DNA of 61,487 nt, filler included, from Choristocarpus tenellus KU-1152 (taxonomy: Eukaryota > Protista > Phaeophyceae), in NCBI GenBank assembly GCA_964200185.2. It is 7 parts of 7 records of this genome, joined end to end, with 100 filler letters (N's around TTAATTAATTAA, not from the genome) between each part and the next. Parts side by side here need not be neighbours in the genome. Positions count along the whole stretch, not along the records: positions 22,625 to 38,173 come from CAXNAD020000976.1; positions 38,274 to 47,082 come from CAXNAD020004307.1; positions 47,183 to 52,798 come from CAXNAD020010238.1; 4 more parts are not named here. One strand, written 5' to 3'. Within the stretch, counting starts at the first letter, position 1. Every line of letters begins with the position of its first letter. Both the position numbers and the translations under genes were made by a program. This document shows positions 37,319-49,234 of this stretch, piece after piece. The notes under the pieces were generated by a model. It had not been told where the DNA came from, did not search any database, and saw nothing but the letters and a program-made list of their open reading frames with translations.

Positions 37319-37852
37319 TTACTTCAAGTTCGACCTGAAACCAAAAAATATCTGCTTGAGCTGGTGAGTATGCGTGAAGTCGCACCTCCCCTCCTTCCAC
37401 CAATCTATAAGCTTAGGGTAAATCTCTGTCAACACATGCGAAAGATTTAGGGGGGAGGAGTACTTGTCATTTCTCAGGTCTGCCTCAACACGACCGAGGA
37501 ACACAGCTTTTCTCACAGTGAGCACTTCTATATCCTGCGCACACAGCGTCCTCTTGGTATTAACCACACCATGACACAAGCCATCGAGGATTCCTTTGTG
37601 CACGTAGCAGTGATCGCCCAGGACAGGGAGATTAGCAGCTTTGCCAGCCCGCATCAACCTAAATCTGTAGTCATGGATAGCCTGTTGAAGGACATAGGTT
37701 TGCACATGATAGTACATTGATGAGGATAGGTATGCCGAGCGGAGGAGTTCCTCTGCGCAAGCCTCAAGGAATCGATTTGTCAGTCTGATGTTCATCTTAC
37801 CATCCTCGGACATGGGCAGGTCATCATCGCTCGCTGTCCGCCAAGTCTGCAT
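37319..37852 (-). CDS. Intronless ORF of an unrecognised repeated family (paralog of 50380-50943); possibly a pseudogene
   Basis: 177 aa, aligning colinearly with the 50380 ORF: FLEACAEELLRSA/FMEVCVTELLRSA, FRLMRAGK/FRLIKAGK, LGDHCYVH/FGDECYVH, RKAVFL/RKAIFL, YSSPLNL/YSTRLNL, EIYPKLIDWWKEG/EAYPKFTEWWEKG. Confidence 0.7.
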   Translation of the reverse strand: MQTWRTASDDDLPMSEDGKMNIRLTNRFLEACAEELLRSAYLSSSMYYHVQTYVLQQAIHDYRFRLMRAGKAANLPVLGDHCYVHKGILDGLCHGVVNTKRTLCAQDIEVLTVRKAVFLGRVEADLRNDKYSSPLNLSHVLTEIYPKLIDWWKEGRCDFTHTHQLKQIFFGFRSNLK

Positions 37853-38173
37853 CTCTCCCCTTCACGTCCGATGGTGTATTGATTGCTGATACTGTTACAG
37901 GCGCCCCAGAAAGCTTACTCCTACAGGATGTATAGCTCCAATCTACGGTCTTATAGATGATACTGATGCACGTGTAGGACTCCTGATGCACAAGTCGTCA
38001 AGTATGCTGGATCTCTCACTTGGATTATTGTAAAAATTATGATATAAGAAGGAACTGATCCATGATGTCTTATCACAATCGGGGACCATAATGACCAAAT
38101 AATAAAAAAATGATCAAGAAGTACAAATATATCAAATCTAGAACTTCAATGTCATAATGGTGTTTATGAAACC

Positions 38174-38273
38174 NNNNNNNNNNNNNNNNNNNNNNNNNNN
38201 NNNNNNNNNNNNNNNNNTTAATTAATTAANNNNNNNNNNNNNNNNNNNNNNNNNNNNNNNNNNNNNNNNNNNN
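38174..38273. other. Artificial contig-join linker
   Basis: N44-TTAATTAATTAA-N44. Confidence 0.98.
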
Positions 38274-38338
38274 TACCTATAATTCGTTTTTTATATGTTG
38301 CTTTAAATTCTAGTGGTAGAAAAATTCACACTATTGAA

Positions 38339-38517
38339 GACCCAAAGTATCTGGGGGGGGGGGGGTGTCTACGCCAGGGTGTCCATTTGACCCCAAATCA
38401 GGAAAAGTGTATTTACATTATCCCTCCGACGTATGCAACCAAATCACCCAGAAATTGCGACATGAAAAAAACGACCCCAAATGGACAGTCGCCACCCCCC
38501 CCCAGATACTTTAAGCC
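38339..38517. mobile_element. MITE family B copy
   Basis: gacccaaagtatctgggg...cccagatactttaagcc. Confidence 0.85.
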
Positions 38518-38984
38518 GAAACGTATCAAGCGCATTTGATTACACCCTGAGTAGCTGAGAACATAGTAGTAGATTACGGATGGGGTTAGGGTTACAATTT
38601 GAGTACTCCGGAACAAGTTTTGTCTCAATCGATGAAGGTAGGGTTGGACACACGACATTTCCACTTCATGTGACCGCTACGAAAGGAGAATGCTTCATGG
38701 ATACCATTTGTAATTATGATACGCCATTTGAAATCATTTCATCTAGGCCTCCACTTGTGGATAAAGCTCTTGTCAACAGATGGTGATATTGACGATGCGA
38801 GTGGTTGCTATGCATATTGCGGGGGAACAAGAATCACGTTTACATCATACCGTTTAATACTCACCATTTTTGTACGAGTTACAGACACATTTGTCGTACA
38901 CTCCATACTACGAAATTTTCATAATTCCATATTATTGTAGTGATATGGAGTGAAAGCGAGAAAAATCAGGAAGTATCTGGTTGG

Positions 38985-39019
<35 letters not shown>

Positions 39020-39544
39020 CAGCAACAGCAACGCACACACTAGCCAATGATATGACAATTTTCTCATTTGCTTCCAGAGAGATTCAGATCATCCTGCGGG
39101 TCAGCACAGTATGCCACTTTGCATCAGTATGTTAGGAACAATATTTTGGGTTTTTCAGTACACATAAATGATATACTACCATCAAGACATGCTCAAAGGA
39201 GGTGTCTGGTAGGACCCAAGCACAAGAGTCTACAGTAGTAGTGGCCCTGTAAGTGCTGCTCTATGCTGCAGTTAAATTTAAGGAGATCAGTGCACACACT
39301 CAATTGACTCTTACCAGAACGAATTCAGAATGGAATGTCCCCTGACCTGATTCAAGGCTGTGATGAATACAACTAGCAATTCCAAAAGAATCGTTGCACC
39401 TGTGAGAACCACTATCCTTGCCGACCTGCTCTTGCAAGATGGATAGACATAGGAAAGAGTAAAAAAAGCAGTGAAGGCATCATGCACAAACCTCTGGGTT
39501 GTAGAGCTCTTTCTCATATCAACATTTGCTATTTCATTTGCTTA

Positions 39545-39783
39545 TAACAGCCGATTTCAAAAATTGAGGATGGGCTTGACCCAAAATTGACTGGGATAAA
39601 GTGTCGATATATATATTTTTTAATATATGAAACCTCACAACTTTCGATCCTACCCTTTTGCGTTGGGGTAGTGTAAAAACATACATTAAAAAATATATAT
39701 ATCGACACTTTATCCCAGTCAATTTTGGGTCAAGCCCATCCTCAATGAAAAGCTCCATCCTCAATTTTTGAAATCGGCTGTTA
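39545..39783. mobile_element. Foldback MITE (family C) with about 80-bp inverted arms
   Basis: taacagccgatttcaaaaattgaggatgggcttgacccaaaattgactgggataaagtgtcgatatata pairs with its reverse complement at 39680-39783. TA lies on both sides. Related termini occur at about 43153 and 61444. Confidence 0.85.
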
Positions 39784-41445
39784 TATTTAATAAAAAACCA
39801 CAAAAGGTGTGCATGCTGTCTCATTTTCTCTGTCAGATGTATATAATACTCCAGGATACTAACTATAGCGCAGATTTTAATTCTCTGAACTTTAGATATG
39901 TTTTATATCATGACTTGTATTGTGCTTTTCTATGGAGAGGCTTATTGTTGTTGTTGGCCTTGACCACTAAACCGAGGAGAAAAATCACGTGTTTGTTGTC
40001 ATGAAAAAAAATGCAAGTATTGGGATAAACATTCCTGTTTCCCATCATATATTATATGGCCTGTGAAACGGTTCATTCGAATATTTTCATATTGAAGGAG
40101 CTAAGCAATGGGATATGACTATATGTATATATCATGGAATATTAGACATGCCTAATCGGGTAAGCTACATGTAGCTTGGACACGGAAATCACACTCCGTA
40201 ATCTAACATTGAAAATACGAGTATGATAGTATCGGTCCGACTACAGAGTTACAGGAAAGGTGCTGAACTGAGGAGGAACAACCGTAACAATCCCGAGCAT
40301 AGAGCATACTCCCACAAGATAATATTGTGTATATAGACTAGCAATTAATTTGAGCTTCTTCCTGACACATACAATAGTGTGCAGGTCTTCTGTCAAACTG
40401 TTGCATACATTCTGTTCAGAGACAAAAGGAACACTCATGGAAGAACAACATTCATGAGTGGTGTGACTGAACACTGAAGTGCACAGGGGAAGCCCCCTGT
40501 CTTCCAAAACCACCACAGTCTTGGGGAACCAATCCTATCATACTTTTTTTACTTCTTCAAATGAAGGTTAGGTTATTCTTACACACAGGTTTGGGTGAAG
40601 GAATAAGATTAGAATTAGAGTTTGAGTTAGATTGAAAATTAGTGTGAAAAAGTGAAAGATAGTGGGATCCTTGAGAGGTTATGGTTCCCCAGTGCACATC
40701 GTACTCCACCACTTCTTGTAGAATGTTTCATTGGCTGCACATAGGGGCATTTTTCACACACAAGTTAGGGTTAGGGTTAGGGATAGGGATAGGTTTACAA
40801 AAATGTGCCCAAAAAAGTGAAAAAAAAGTGAAAAAAATAATGCAGGGGTGTTTTCCGAACACAAGGGTTCCCCTCTGCACTGCAACACAATACGATGATA
40901 CTGTACTATTTTTTGTGATCACCACCATACTCTGATGACAACAGAGGATCAAATAGAGTTCTCTCGACAGGAGGCAATATATCTAGAAAGGTTGACATCT
41001 TAGAGAAGATAATATGGTGTTGAGGTCTTTCCACTCTTACATTCAGCATGCTTATTATATTTCTGCTCTCTTTTTAATGTATATGCCTTTCTGATAAAGG
41101 TGAAATCATAGTGTATGTTGCTTCTGTCAAATGTTTGAGGATAAGGTAATTGTATCAATATATAGGTACCAATACACTACGAAATATGATATTTCGAAGT
41201 ACTACTATTAATATAGCATTTAGAGAATAATCAAATCAACCAATATACCAATCATTTCAATTTGCTGTGAACTTTTCAATGCTATACTTAATATATACGA
41301 AGTGTCAGGAAAATAGCATTATCCTAACTACTACTAAGTAGTACTAGGTTATGGATACTGAGAACCGATCTAATCGTGTTCCATCTTCAGAATGAAATAA
41401 TCTGACCTTGTTCTTATCTCCAAGACAAACCTAGACTGATAAAAC

Positions 41446-44400
41446 TTGACAAGGAGAGGAGGGCCCAGCACCAAGAAGACCGTTGCGTCCACGAGCCAGA
41501 ACCAGCCAAGGACTTCGCACGAGACAAGTAAGTGTAGCAAATGTGATCAGTGGTGTAACCGGGTGAGCGGTGTATGTACTATATTCTTCTCCTTAGGTCG
41601 ACCATTTCATGACAGAGGACTCCTCCTCAATGGATACCTAAGTCTTGGCACCGAGGGGAACGTCAAGAATGACCCCAACGGGCCTACCGAGCCTATATTT
41701 ATTGACTTCTTGCGCCAAACGGGAGGACATGAGGTGGGGTAGATCGTAAGGCAAAGCAATCAAAACATTAAGGTGCGTTGATTCGTCTCTTGGACTGCTT
41801 TCACTTCAATCATCTGTTACACGAAGCTAGCATCCTGCAAGAAGCATCACTCGTAGATGTGCAAGAGTAGCCCAGCGATTGCTCACCCCTATCGCCCACC
41901 GTGTTGGACATTAGTAAAGTCATCTCGGGAGGTAGAGGAGGAGGTACGAAAATCGAACCCTCGTCAGAGCTGATGAAGCTCGTTGGCATTCCACCGCCTT
42001 CCAACTCACCTGCAACAAACGATGTATAAGGGAAGTGATGCAAGACGCCAGACCTTACGATATATTGCAAAAATAGAGTACTGGATGGACGAGGCTCGAC
42101 TGATCAATTCGTTCTTTCCCAACAGAGTCAGTAGTTTCTATACCTCATATGTCATACCCTTCAATTACCGTTTTTATATACAGGGATTGCCACTAGGTCG
42201 ATAGAGGTGTATAAACTAGATCGTCCAGTTTGCAATTCTGCATCTAAAATGAAATTTTCTCAACCCTCTGATGACCATCCACGAGCTAGGGTCTGTAACA
42301 CCACACGACACAGTTTTGGGTCCAACACCTCGAGTCTATTTCCTATCGTTTGTGTTATCCAACGAATCTGGAACTCACCGTCGGTCGAGGAAATCATCAA
42401 AATTTTCTGGTAAGTGTAAAACCTCAACTCTTCGTCAAGCGTAAGTAAGCACCTCCTCCACGCTTTCCGTTCTACACCTGCTATGAAATGAAGGTGTGAA
42501 GGGTGACACCTATTGCTACTTCCGTATTGTATGGTAGGCCGATCAATCCACACCCCAGACCAGCAATCCCGACTGTTTTCAAGTCAAAGTTGAGTGAGAT
42601 GCAACCAAGTGTGTAACTCTTTAGTTCTATACGGTTGGCAAACTTTCCCCATCGTGCTACGCATGGTCCTTGACAACACTCCCTTCAAGGAAACTTCGTA
42701 TATGAATGGGCTCCCCAATTGTGAGATGCCTTTGGACATGAATCGGTCAAATTCTGTTGCAATTAAAAAATGCTGTGACACCAGTACTCTTGCATCGCAA
42801 GTAGAGACCTAGAATAGGTTTTTTACGTCCGTTGGTTACGACCCAAAGTTCTTGGATTTGAGTCAAAGACATAAATAATCCACTTGAAGTGAAAATATCC
42901 TTCCAATTAGGATGGAACCATTTTTGTTGGGGTATTGATCAATCCATAAATTCCTCACTTTCCTTGATCTTAAAAATCGGCAATTCACGGAAAGTTACCA
43001 ACCCGAATATTCCCGAAACTCATCCATACACCTTCCATAGTAGTACAAAGTAATTTAGTACATGTCTGCAACATTTATTTTCTAGTCTGTAGAACTAAAC
43101 TGATTTCCTCTCATTATGTTTACTCTATAATGACATCACAGTAGGAGTAGAAACAGACCGATTTCAAAAACCTTCGTTATCAGTTCGATTAATTACCTGA
43201 CAATTTGAAGGAACCCTTATTAAAAAATGTTAGACGTCTACTAATACCACATTTGTTAATTTCCTAACGCTAACCCTTAAAATAACCATGAAAAACACAG
43301 AATATATTGTGCAATAGGAAACATGAGAACGTACCCCTACAACTTACTGGGGTTCCTCTTATCTATGTATGGTGTGTTTCATCCGTCCATCCCTCCACCT
43401 ATCCGTGCATGTTTACGTTCTAGTCCTCGCACGTCTGCTTGCAAGCGAATATGCCAATCCTTCATTCTAGAAAATGTTACATACTACAACATTCTCCTCT
43501 ATCTCATTACGTTTGTATTTTTTTATTATGCCCTCTGTATCGTTATGGTTTTTTGTGAGTAATTTTTCAAATGTGAGATTCAGAAAAACAAATAATATCG
43601 TTCGAAAGCCAATAACTTCAGATTGAATATAAATATCTTCAAAATATGTTTTCATTTTGAAATGGTTGAGAAACCGTCCGCTGAAGACAAATGTATTTTC
43701 GGAAATGGCAGATTTATCAAAAACATGAAAATCGGACAAAAATGACTGATAATTATGGTTAATCGCCCTTAAATGTCTCAATGAGACCTCTGATGAAGAC
43801 ACAGTTAATGGTGTTGGATTCGTTGGCGTTTTTTACATTAAATTAGTTACTTGTCACTCTCATTCTCTCCCTCAATCCACCAAATTGTGGCCACGTTGTA
43901 CATGTCTCTGTCAACGGGGATCAAGTGATCCTTCAAGAAGTTATCCCTCACCTTTGCAAATAGCTTGAGTACATCTTGATGTTGTACTGGAAACCCTGTT
44001 TGGAGTCGCTGGGACTGTAGACGTTTTCCTTTCAGGACTGATGTAGACGATGACAGGGCCGACAGCAGGCACCATGACCGAGTACCCCTGTAGAATACAA
44101 CAGAAAATATAGTATATATGTAACGGAAAGCATCTGGGATCATGGTTCATGTATTAGCAGGATATGTATAGATAATTCTTTTTGGGTTGAAGTCCACATG
44201 TTCAAGACGTTTACCTTTATCATGGAGTTTTCTGGAAACGTTGTAGGTGCTTCATTTTGGTGATTATTTCTACAAACATCAGGTACTAAACCACGTCCCA
44301 TCATGTCAAACAATATCACCCTTCTCCTTCGAACCATGTGATCATCACATTCAGCCAAGGGGAATTGTGTGAGGCTCCCATCTCTTCTCTCTCCTTCACA

Positions 44401-44472
44401 CAAATAGCAGTTTAAATCTGCACAGGTTATGAGGCTCAAGGGTATGGAGAACAATATGAAGAAGTGGTACAT
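41446..44472 (-). pseudogene. Block of decayed, intronless, protein-like ORF fragments of unknown origin
   Basis: Closely spaced minus-strand fragments 44472-44140, 44143-43847, 43802-43467, 42781-42584, 42553-42260, plus a frame around 41800-42020 broken by several TGA/TAG/TAA. No convincing splice structure. Confidence 0.45.
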
Positions 44473-44529
44473 CTGCTCTTTTGCTCAATGGCACGTGGAC
44501 GACCATGTCCCCTCCTGTGAATTGCTCAC

Positions 44530-46815
44530 AGTTGATAGAGGAGTACGAGGTTTCTGACCATACATGATGTGGTATGGTGTGGTGTTGTACCCTTACCGAT
44601 ACCCTGTGTTCAGTGCCCACTGCACGGCAGGCAAATAGTTTACCCAGTCACTGACAGGACATTACCCCTCACGCATCATTCGTTCACCTGTCCATTTAGT
44701 CCAGGAGCAGTTGGCTACCACGAAGCAGCGTTCCATCCCAGATAGCTCCTGCATCCATATCAGCACCTGGTTCTAGAAGAGGCCTTCTGTGTCACTCACC
44801 CAAATCTCCGGCACTCCCATTGTTATACGCCGCCTGTGCAAATGCTGTGCAGCAATCTCGGCATTGCATGTCTCGGCCAGTTCCAGCCATGTGAAACTGC
44901 TTAAGTCGTCCACCATGGCCAGGATGTACTTGTAACCTTTACTTTCGTCCACAGACCATCACCCTCCAATAGCCCGCTCTCACCTATGTGTAGATAATCA
45001 AAAGTGAAGCACCTGCCCCACTGGTGTGCCGTGCACTATCTCCCCGTAGGGTCTGGGTACACGCTCACCAGCCTTGAAATCCTTACAGTTCAAGCAGTCC
45101 TATACAAACTCTGCCAGTTTCGCCTCTATTGTAGATCAAACGCAATACCCCCTCAGCCGCTGCACCGTTGCTGCCCTTTCACAATGCCCAGCTTTGCCCA
45201 TTTGTGCACACACCGTTAGGCGTGTCTGCAAATCCGTTGCCTCATCAGGTATCCACAGTGGGGCTGTAACCTCAGCACCCATCCGCATCATGCCATTCTG
45301 GCCTTGATGCACACGGCCAGCAGAGGTCATAAATCCTCCTTTTGCATGTACCATCACAACTTCTAGGGCTGTGCTAGTTGCTAGTTGTGCCTCAGGCTTG
45401 GGCAAAGGCAATGATGCGATGCTCCATATACCCTGTGGGGTCCGTCCAGTACGACTAGCAGGCCCATGAATCCTGCCATCCAGCTCTGTTGCTCCGTATG
45501 GTATGCTCTGGGTCTGGCCATCAGAGGAGTCACCCCTTCCTTCAGCATGACTTGCATGGGCTCCACCTTGGCAGGCGGGTCTCGCCCCAAGGATAACCAG
45601 AACGCATTGGTCTGGGTTGCTATCATATGTTGGAGGCGCCCCAAGGGCATCCCAGCCCTTTAGCCTCTTGTAAGGAGGTTTCCAAGGGCTAGGCCCCGTT
45701 TTTTTCCCTCCATCATGAGCTCGGGGCCTTGCTCTGGCGGTATAGAGACGGAGTCACCACCTCTGTCTAGTTGAGCAGTCGCCATGCTCTCCTGCATCAC
45801 CTCCATGCTAACACTCATACGCCGCATAGAAGTAATATCTTGTGCCAGACCTGCAATGTGCATTTCTGCCTTCCTTTGGGTCGCCTCCTCGAAGGATTGC
45901 TTCATTTCAAAGTCTGACACGTCCCTTAATGTCTTGCTGCCTACAATTAACACGTCATCATTGGTATAACTGCCAAGAAAAAATTTCTCACCACCACAGC
46001 CCACAGCCCGAGTGGAGTGCCACATTTAAGGGACGTGTCACGTTCCCAATGGTCTCAGACACACTATTTTCGATCTTCATCGGGAAAGGCTAGTGGAGGG
46101 GCTTCATCAATGTTGCTCCACCAAAATGCTGCTGCATCGTTTTATCCAGACTCTCGGATATGCCTGTGAGTCCTGACCCTGGGTCCATCAGGGCCTTCAT
46201 ACTGAAAGGCAACTTCCAGTTTATGTTGACCCCCACTGGTGGTACATCTGCTGTACCATGGTAGCTTAACCTTTCCATATCCACCCCTTCCGTAGCCAGG
46301 GACGTATCCTCATCAGTGCCCTGGATTTTTCGCATACCAGAATTACCTGTGTAAGGATTAATGTAGGTATCCGGGCTAGGTGGCAGCTGAGCCGTCCAAT
46401 GATCCATATGATCAGGAACCATCTCATTGACCCTCACTGCCCTGCCATTCGTGCTCCCACCACCATTGCCTCGCCAGAACTCGGTTGCAGGCTGGGGAGT
46501 TAGCCCCTGCTGGCTCCTCGTGAGTCAAAGTATCTTAGAGAGTAGAGCCGCGTCCGTTTGGGGGCCAAAATCCAATGTTGCGATTTTGATGTAATTTTGG
46601 CTATCCTTGTTCTGGACACATCTTTTCATAACGAAAACATTTTACGTTTTGGAGTAGGAAAGTGTCACAAAATACCCGTGGGAAGCCAAGTCCCAAACGG
46701 ACAAACAGGGCAAAACTCGTAACCTCTAAGATACTTTCACTCTGTACCTTGAGCTGTACCCAGATATATCATGGTCAACTTTCCCACATGCATCACAAGT
46801 CCCATTGAACTTATC
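44530..46815 (-). mobile_element. Degenerate Ty3/gypsy LTR retrotransposon (gag zinc knuckle, protease, integrase; RT/RNase H deleted)
   Basis: Zinc-knuckle-like CDACGKVDH (about 46760-46800). Protease ALMDPGSG (about 46170-46200). Pre-RT PPAKVEPMQVMLKEGVTPLMARPRAY. Integrase H2C2-like LQTRLTVCAQMGKAGH...C, core YKYILAMVDDLSSFTWL...PEIWVSD, and WVNYLPAVQWALNT...TTPYHIMYG. Frameshifts and stops are present. Confidence 0.9.
46522..46742. mobile_element. MITE family A copy inserted in the gypsy gag region
   Basis: gagtcaaagtatcttagag...cctctaagatactttcactc. Confidence 0.85.
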
Positions 46816-46842
46816 CTTCCTTACACTCAAACCTGCACTAGG

Positions 46843-47021
46843 GACCCAAAGTATCTGGGGGGGGGGAGTCTACACCAGGGTGTTCATTTTGGGCCATAAA
46901 CCAGGAAAGATACACTTACATTATCCATCAGACGTATGAAATCAAGTCAAACAAAATCGCGACAGAAAAAAAATGGCCCCAAATGGGCTGTCACCATCCC
47001 CCCCAGATACTACTTTGAGTC
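46843..47021. mobile_element. MITE family B copy
   Basis: gacccaaagtatctgggg...ccagatactactttgagtc. Confidence 0.85.
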
Positions 47022-47082
47022 ACATCCCGAGCATGATGCACTGTTGCCTGTTCGTAGATAGTGCTGCTGATACACTATAGCC

Positions 47083-47182
47083 NNNNNNNNNNNNNNNNNN
47101 NNNNNNNNNNNNNNNNNNNNNNNNNNTTAATTAATTAANNNNNNNNNNNNNNNNNNNNNNNNNNNNNNNNNNNNNNNNNNNN
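47083..47182. other. Artificial contig-join linker
   Basis: N44-TTAATTAATTAA-N44. Confidence 0.98.
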
Positions 47183-47659
47183 AATTCAACACAATAATCT
47201 CATACACACAAAATAAGGTACACTTCTCAATTGTCCTATTTTGCACAGGTGTAGACAATGTTATTATGACTCAGGGAAGTTACCGTTGGGTTCAATGCTT
47301 GGAGCCTGGATGGTTGCCGCCGCTTGGTTTGGGTGTGGAAGAGAGGTCATCTGTTGTGGAAATCTCGACTTGTGCTGAAGATGGTGGTGTGGAGTACGAG
47401 ATGCTTGTGCGTCAATGTATTTCTGGTAAGGTTTCTGCCAATTGCTCTGCGGTTCAATCAACGCAAAGAGTAGAGGAAAAAGGATTGGAGCACGGCAGTA
47501 AAGGTATTAGAGGATGGTGGCAGAACGCTGTAATAATGGAGATGAAATCTAGGTTGCCACCGGGCCAATAAGAACATGCGTATGAGGACACATTGTGCAA
47601 AATAGGACAATAGTGAGGTGTACCTTATTTTGTGTATATGATATTACTGTGTTGAATTG
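47183..47659. repeat. Inverted repeat pair (about 65 bp) bracketing about 345 bp
   Basis: 47183-47247 (aattcaacacaataatctcatacacacaaaataaggtacac...gtcctattttgcaca) is the reverse complement, with a few mismatches, of 47594-47659. Confidence 0.8.
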
Positions 47660-47699
47660 AGTCCATGTGATGTAACTAATGAGATAGTACATCCGGATT

Positions 47700-47950
47700 G
47701 AGTGAAAGTATCCCAGTGGGTACCAATTTTGCCCTATTTGTCCATTTGGGACTTGGCTTCCCATGGAGTATTTTTATGACATTTTCCTCCTCCAAAATGT
47801 TTCGAGGTAAGTAAAATGTATACGTTACGAAAAGGTGTGTCCGGAACAAGGATATTGACAGTTCCTAACAAACAGGATAGTCAAAATTGCATCATAAGGA
47901 TTTTAACCCCCAAAATGGACGCGGTTCTACCCTCTAAGATACTTTGACTC
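47700..47950. mobile_element. MITE family A copy with perfect 4-bp TSD GATT
   Basis: gatt|gagtgaaagtatc...gatactttgactc|gatt. Confidence 0.9.
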
Positions 47951-48253
47951 GATTATGCATGGGATTATGTATTGGTATTTATTCCGCATTCAACTACTTT
48001 GACATAACCATTGACTTAGATAGGAAGCACAAATAAAAAATAAACAAGCAATGAGAAGACACCACACAAAGGTCACTCTTCTAATTTCAACCATGTAATC
48101 ACCTTCAGCAAAGGGGGTCGTGTGAGGCTTCACACCTTCTTATCTTCGCTACTAACAAATAGCATTACCTCCCAAGGTAATTTGCACACACATAAACACC
48201 AACTCTTTGGGAGGATAATAAATTCAATGTACCAAATGCACAAGTCCGTTGAT

Positions 48254-49234
48254 TTAGAGAACGTCCGATCTCTCCATCATAACATGTCTGTCGAGGCATG
48301 TGTCGGACTGGCGAAGTAGAGGGTGACTCTCACGAACAGAAATTGGCCTATACTGCTCCTCAAAGCCGTATCTGTCGTCAGTATGGTGGCAGTGTAGGAC
48401 TTGTCCAGAACCAGGCCTGTGTAGAGGAGCGTCTTGGTCAATACTGTAGTGTTGGACAAGAAGCAGCATATTTCGCAAGTCGCCATTCTCCCATTTGACC
48501 TCGTAGGGGTAGCTTACTCGCTCTTCTCTAACTTTCACCGTGTAGTGGGGCTGGTAGTTGGTCACGATCCCTTGCATCCGCTGATCGTGTCGTGTGAAGT
48601 ATAGTCTTCTGCCCTTGTCTCTGGCATTGAGTGTTTCGCCCTCATCTAAATCCGGCACATAACTCAGTGTCGGTTCAAGGAGTATATATTTCTATGTATC
48701 CTTGTCCATGTCCCTACTCTTCCGCCGGGGGTCAACAATGGACCGACTGCGTTGTCTGACATACAGGGCTGCAGCCTCGTCACTGTCCCTCTTGTTCTTC
48801 TCTCGAAGTTGGTTGACACCCTCCTCGATCTCGTCCTCTGTCATGTACGACCCCAGTTGAGGGGGTGAACATTTTTCGCCATCGTCCAGGAGGTAGGACA
48901 CGGAGTAAAAGTACGCCCCTGAACAATCTAGGTGATCATCACTGACCTTCCCCTGTATGATGGCCCCCCCACTCGAGCGTAGGATGAAGCTGGTTCCTCA
49001 ACCGAACCTGGCGTCCGATGTGTTCCCAAGTCTGAGTTGCTTAGAGAGGCGAGCAGACATCCCATCGAGAGATTGCCGGTTGGATTCCGAGGTGAACCTC
49101 TGGTATTGACCAGGCAGGATCGTGAATGTGTTGTCCAGGTGGTTGTGGTCGATGTCTGTGAAGTCTGGGATTATAATAGCCTGAAGGGGCACGACGCGGG
49201 GACCCGGTTGTGCGTCCTGCATCACCACAGACAT
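48254..49234 (-). pseudogene. Single intronless frame of about 325 codons broken by two in-frame stops; unknown protein with Tudor-like motifs
   Basis: ORFs 49234-48998, 48901-48692 and 48658-48254 are in the same frame, separated only by TGA (49000-48998) and TAG (48694-48692). Motifs YSVSYLLDDGE and YEVKWENGD resemble Tudor/chromo-barrel strands (inference). Confidence 0.65.

Noticed and set aside
48692-49000. Stop-codon readthrough or alternative genetic code
   Set aside because: Different stop types (TGA, TAG, TAA) and frameshifts occur in these frames, while host genes end at standard stops. Mutational decay is the simpler explanation.
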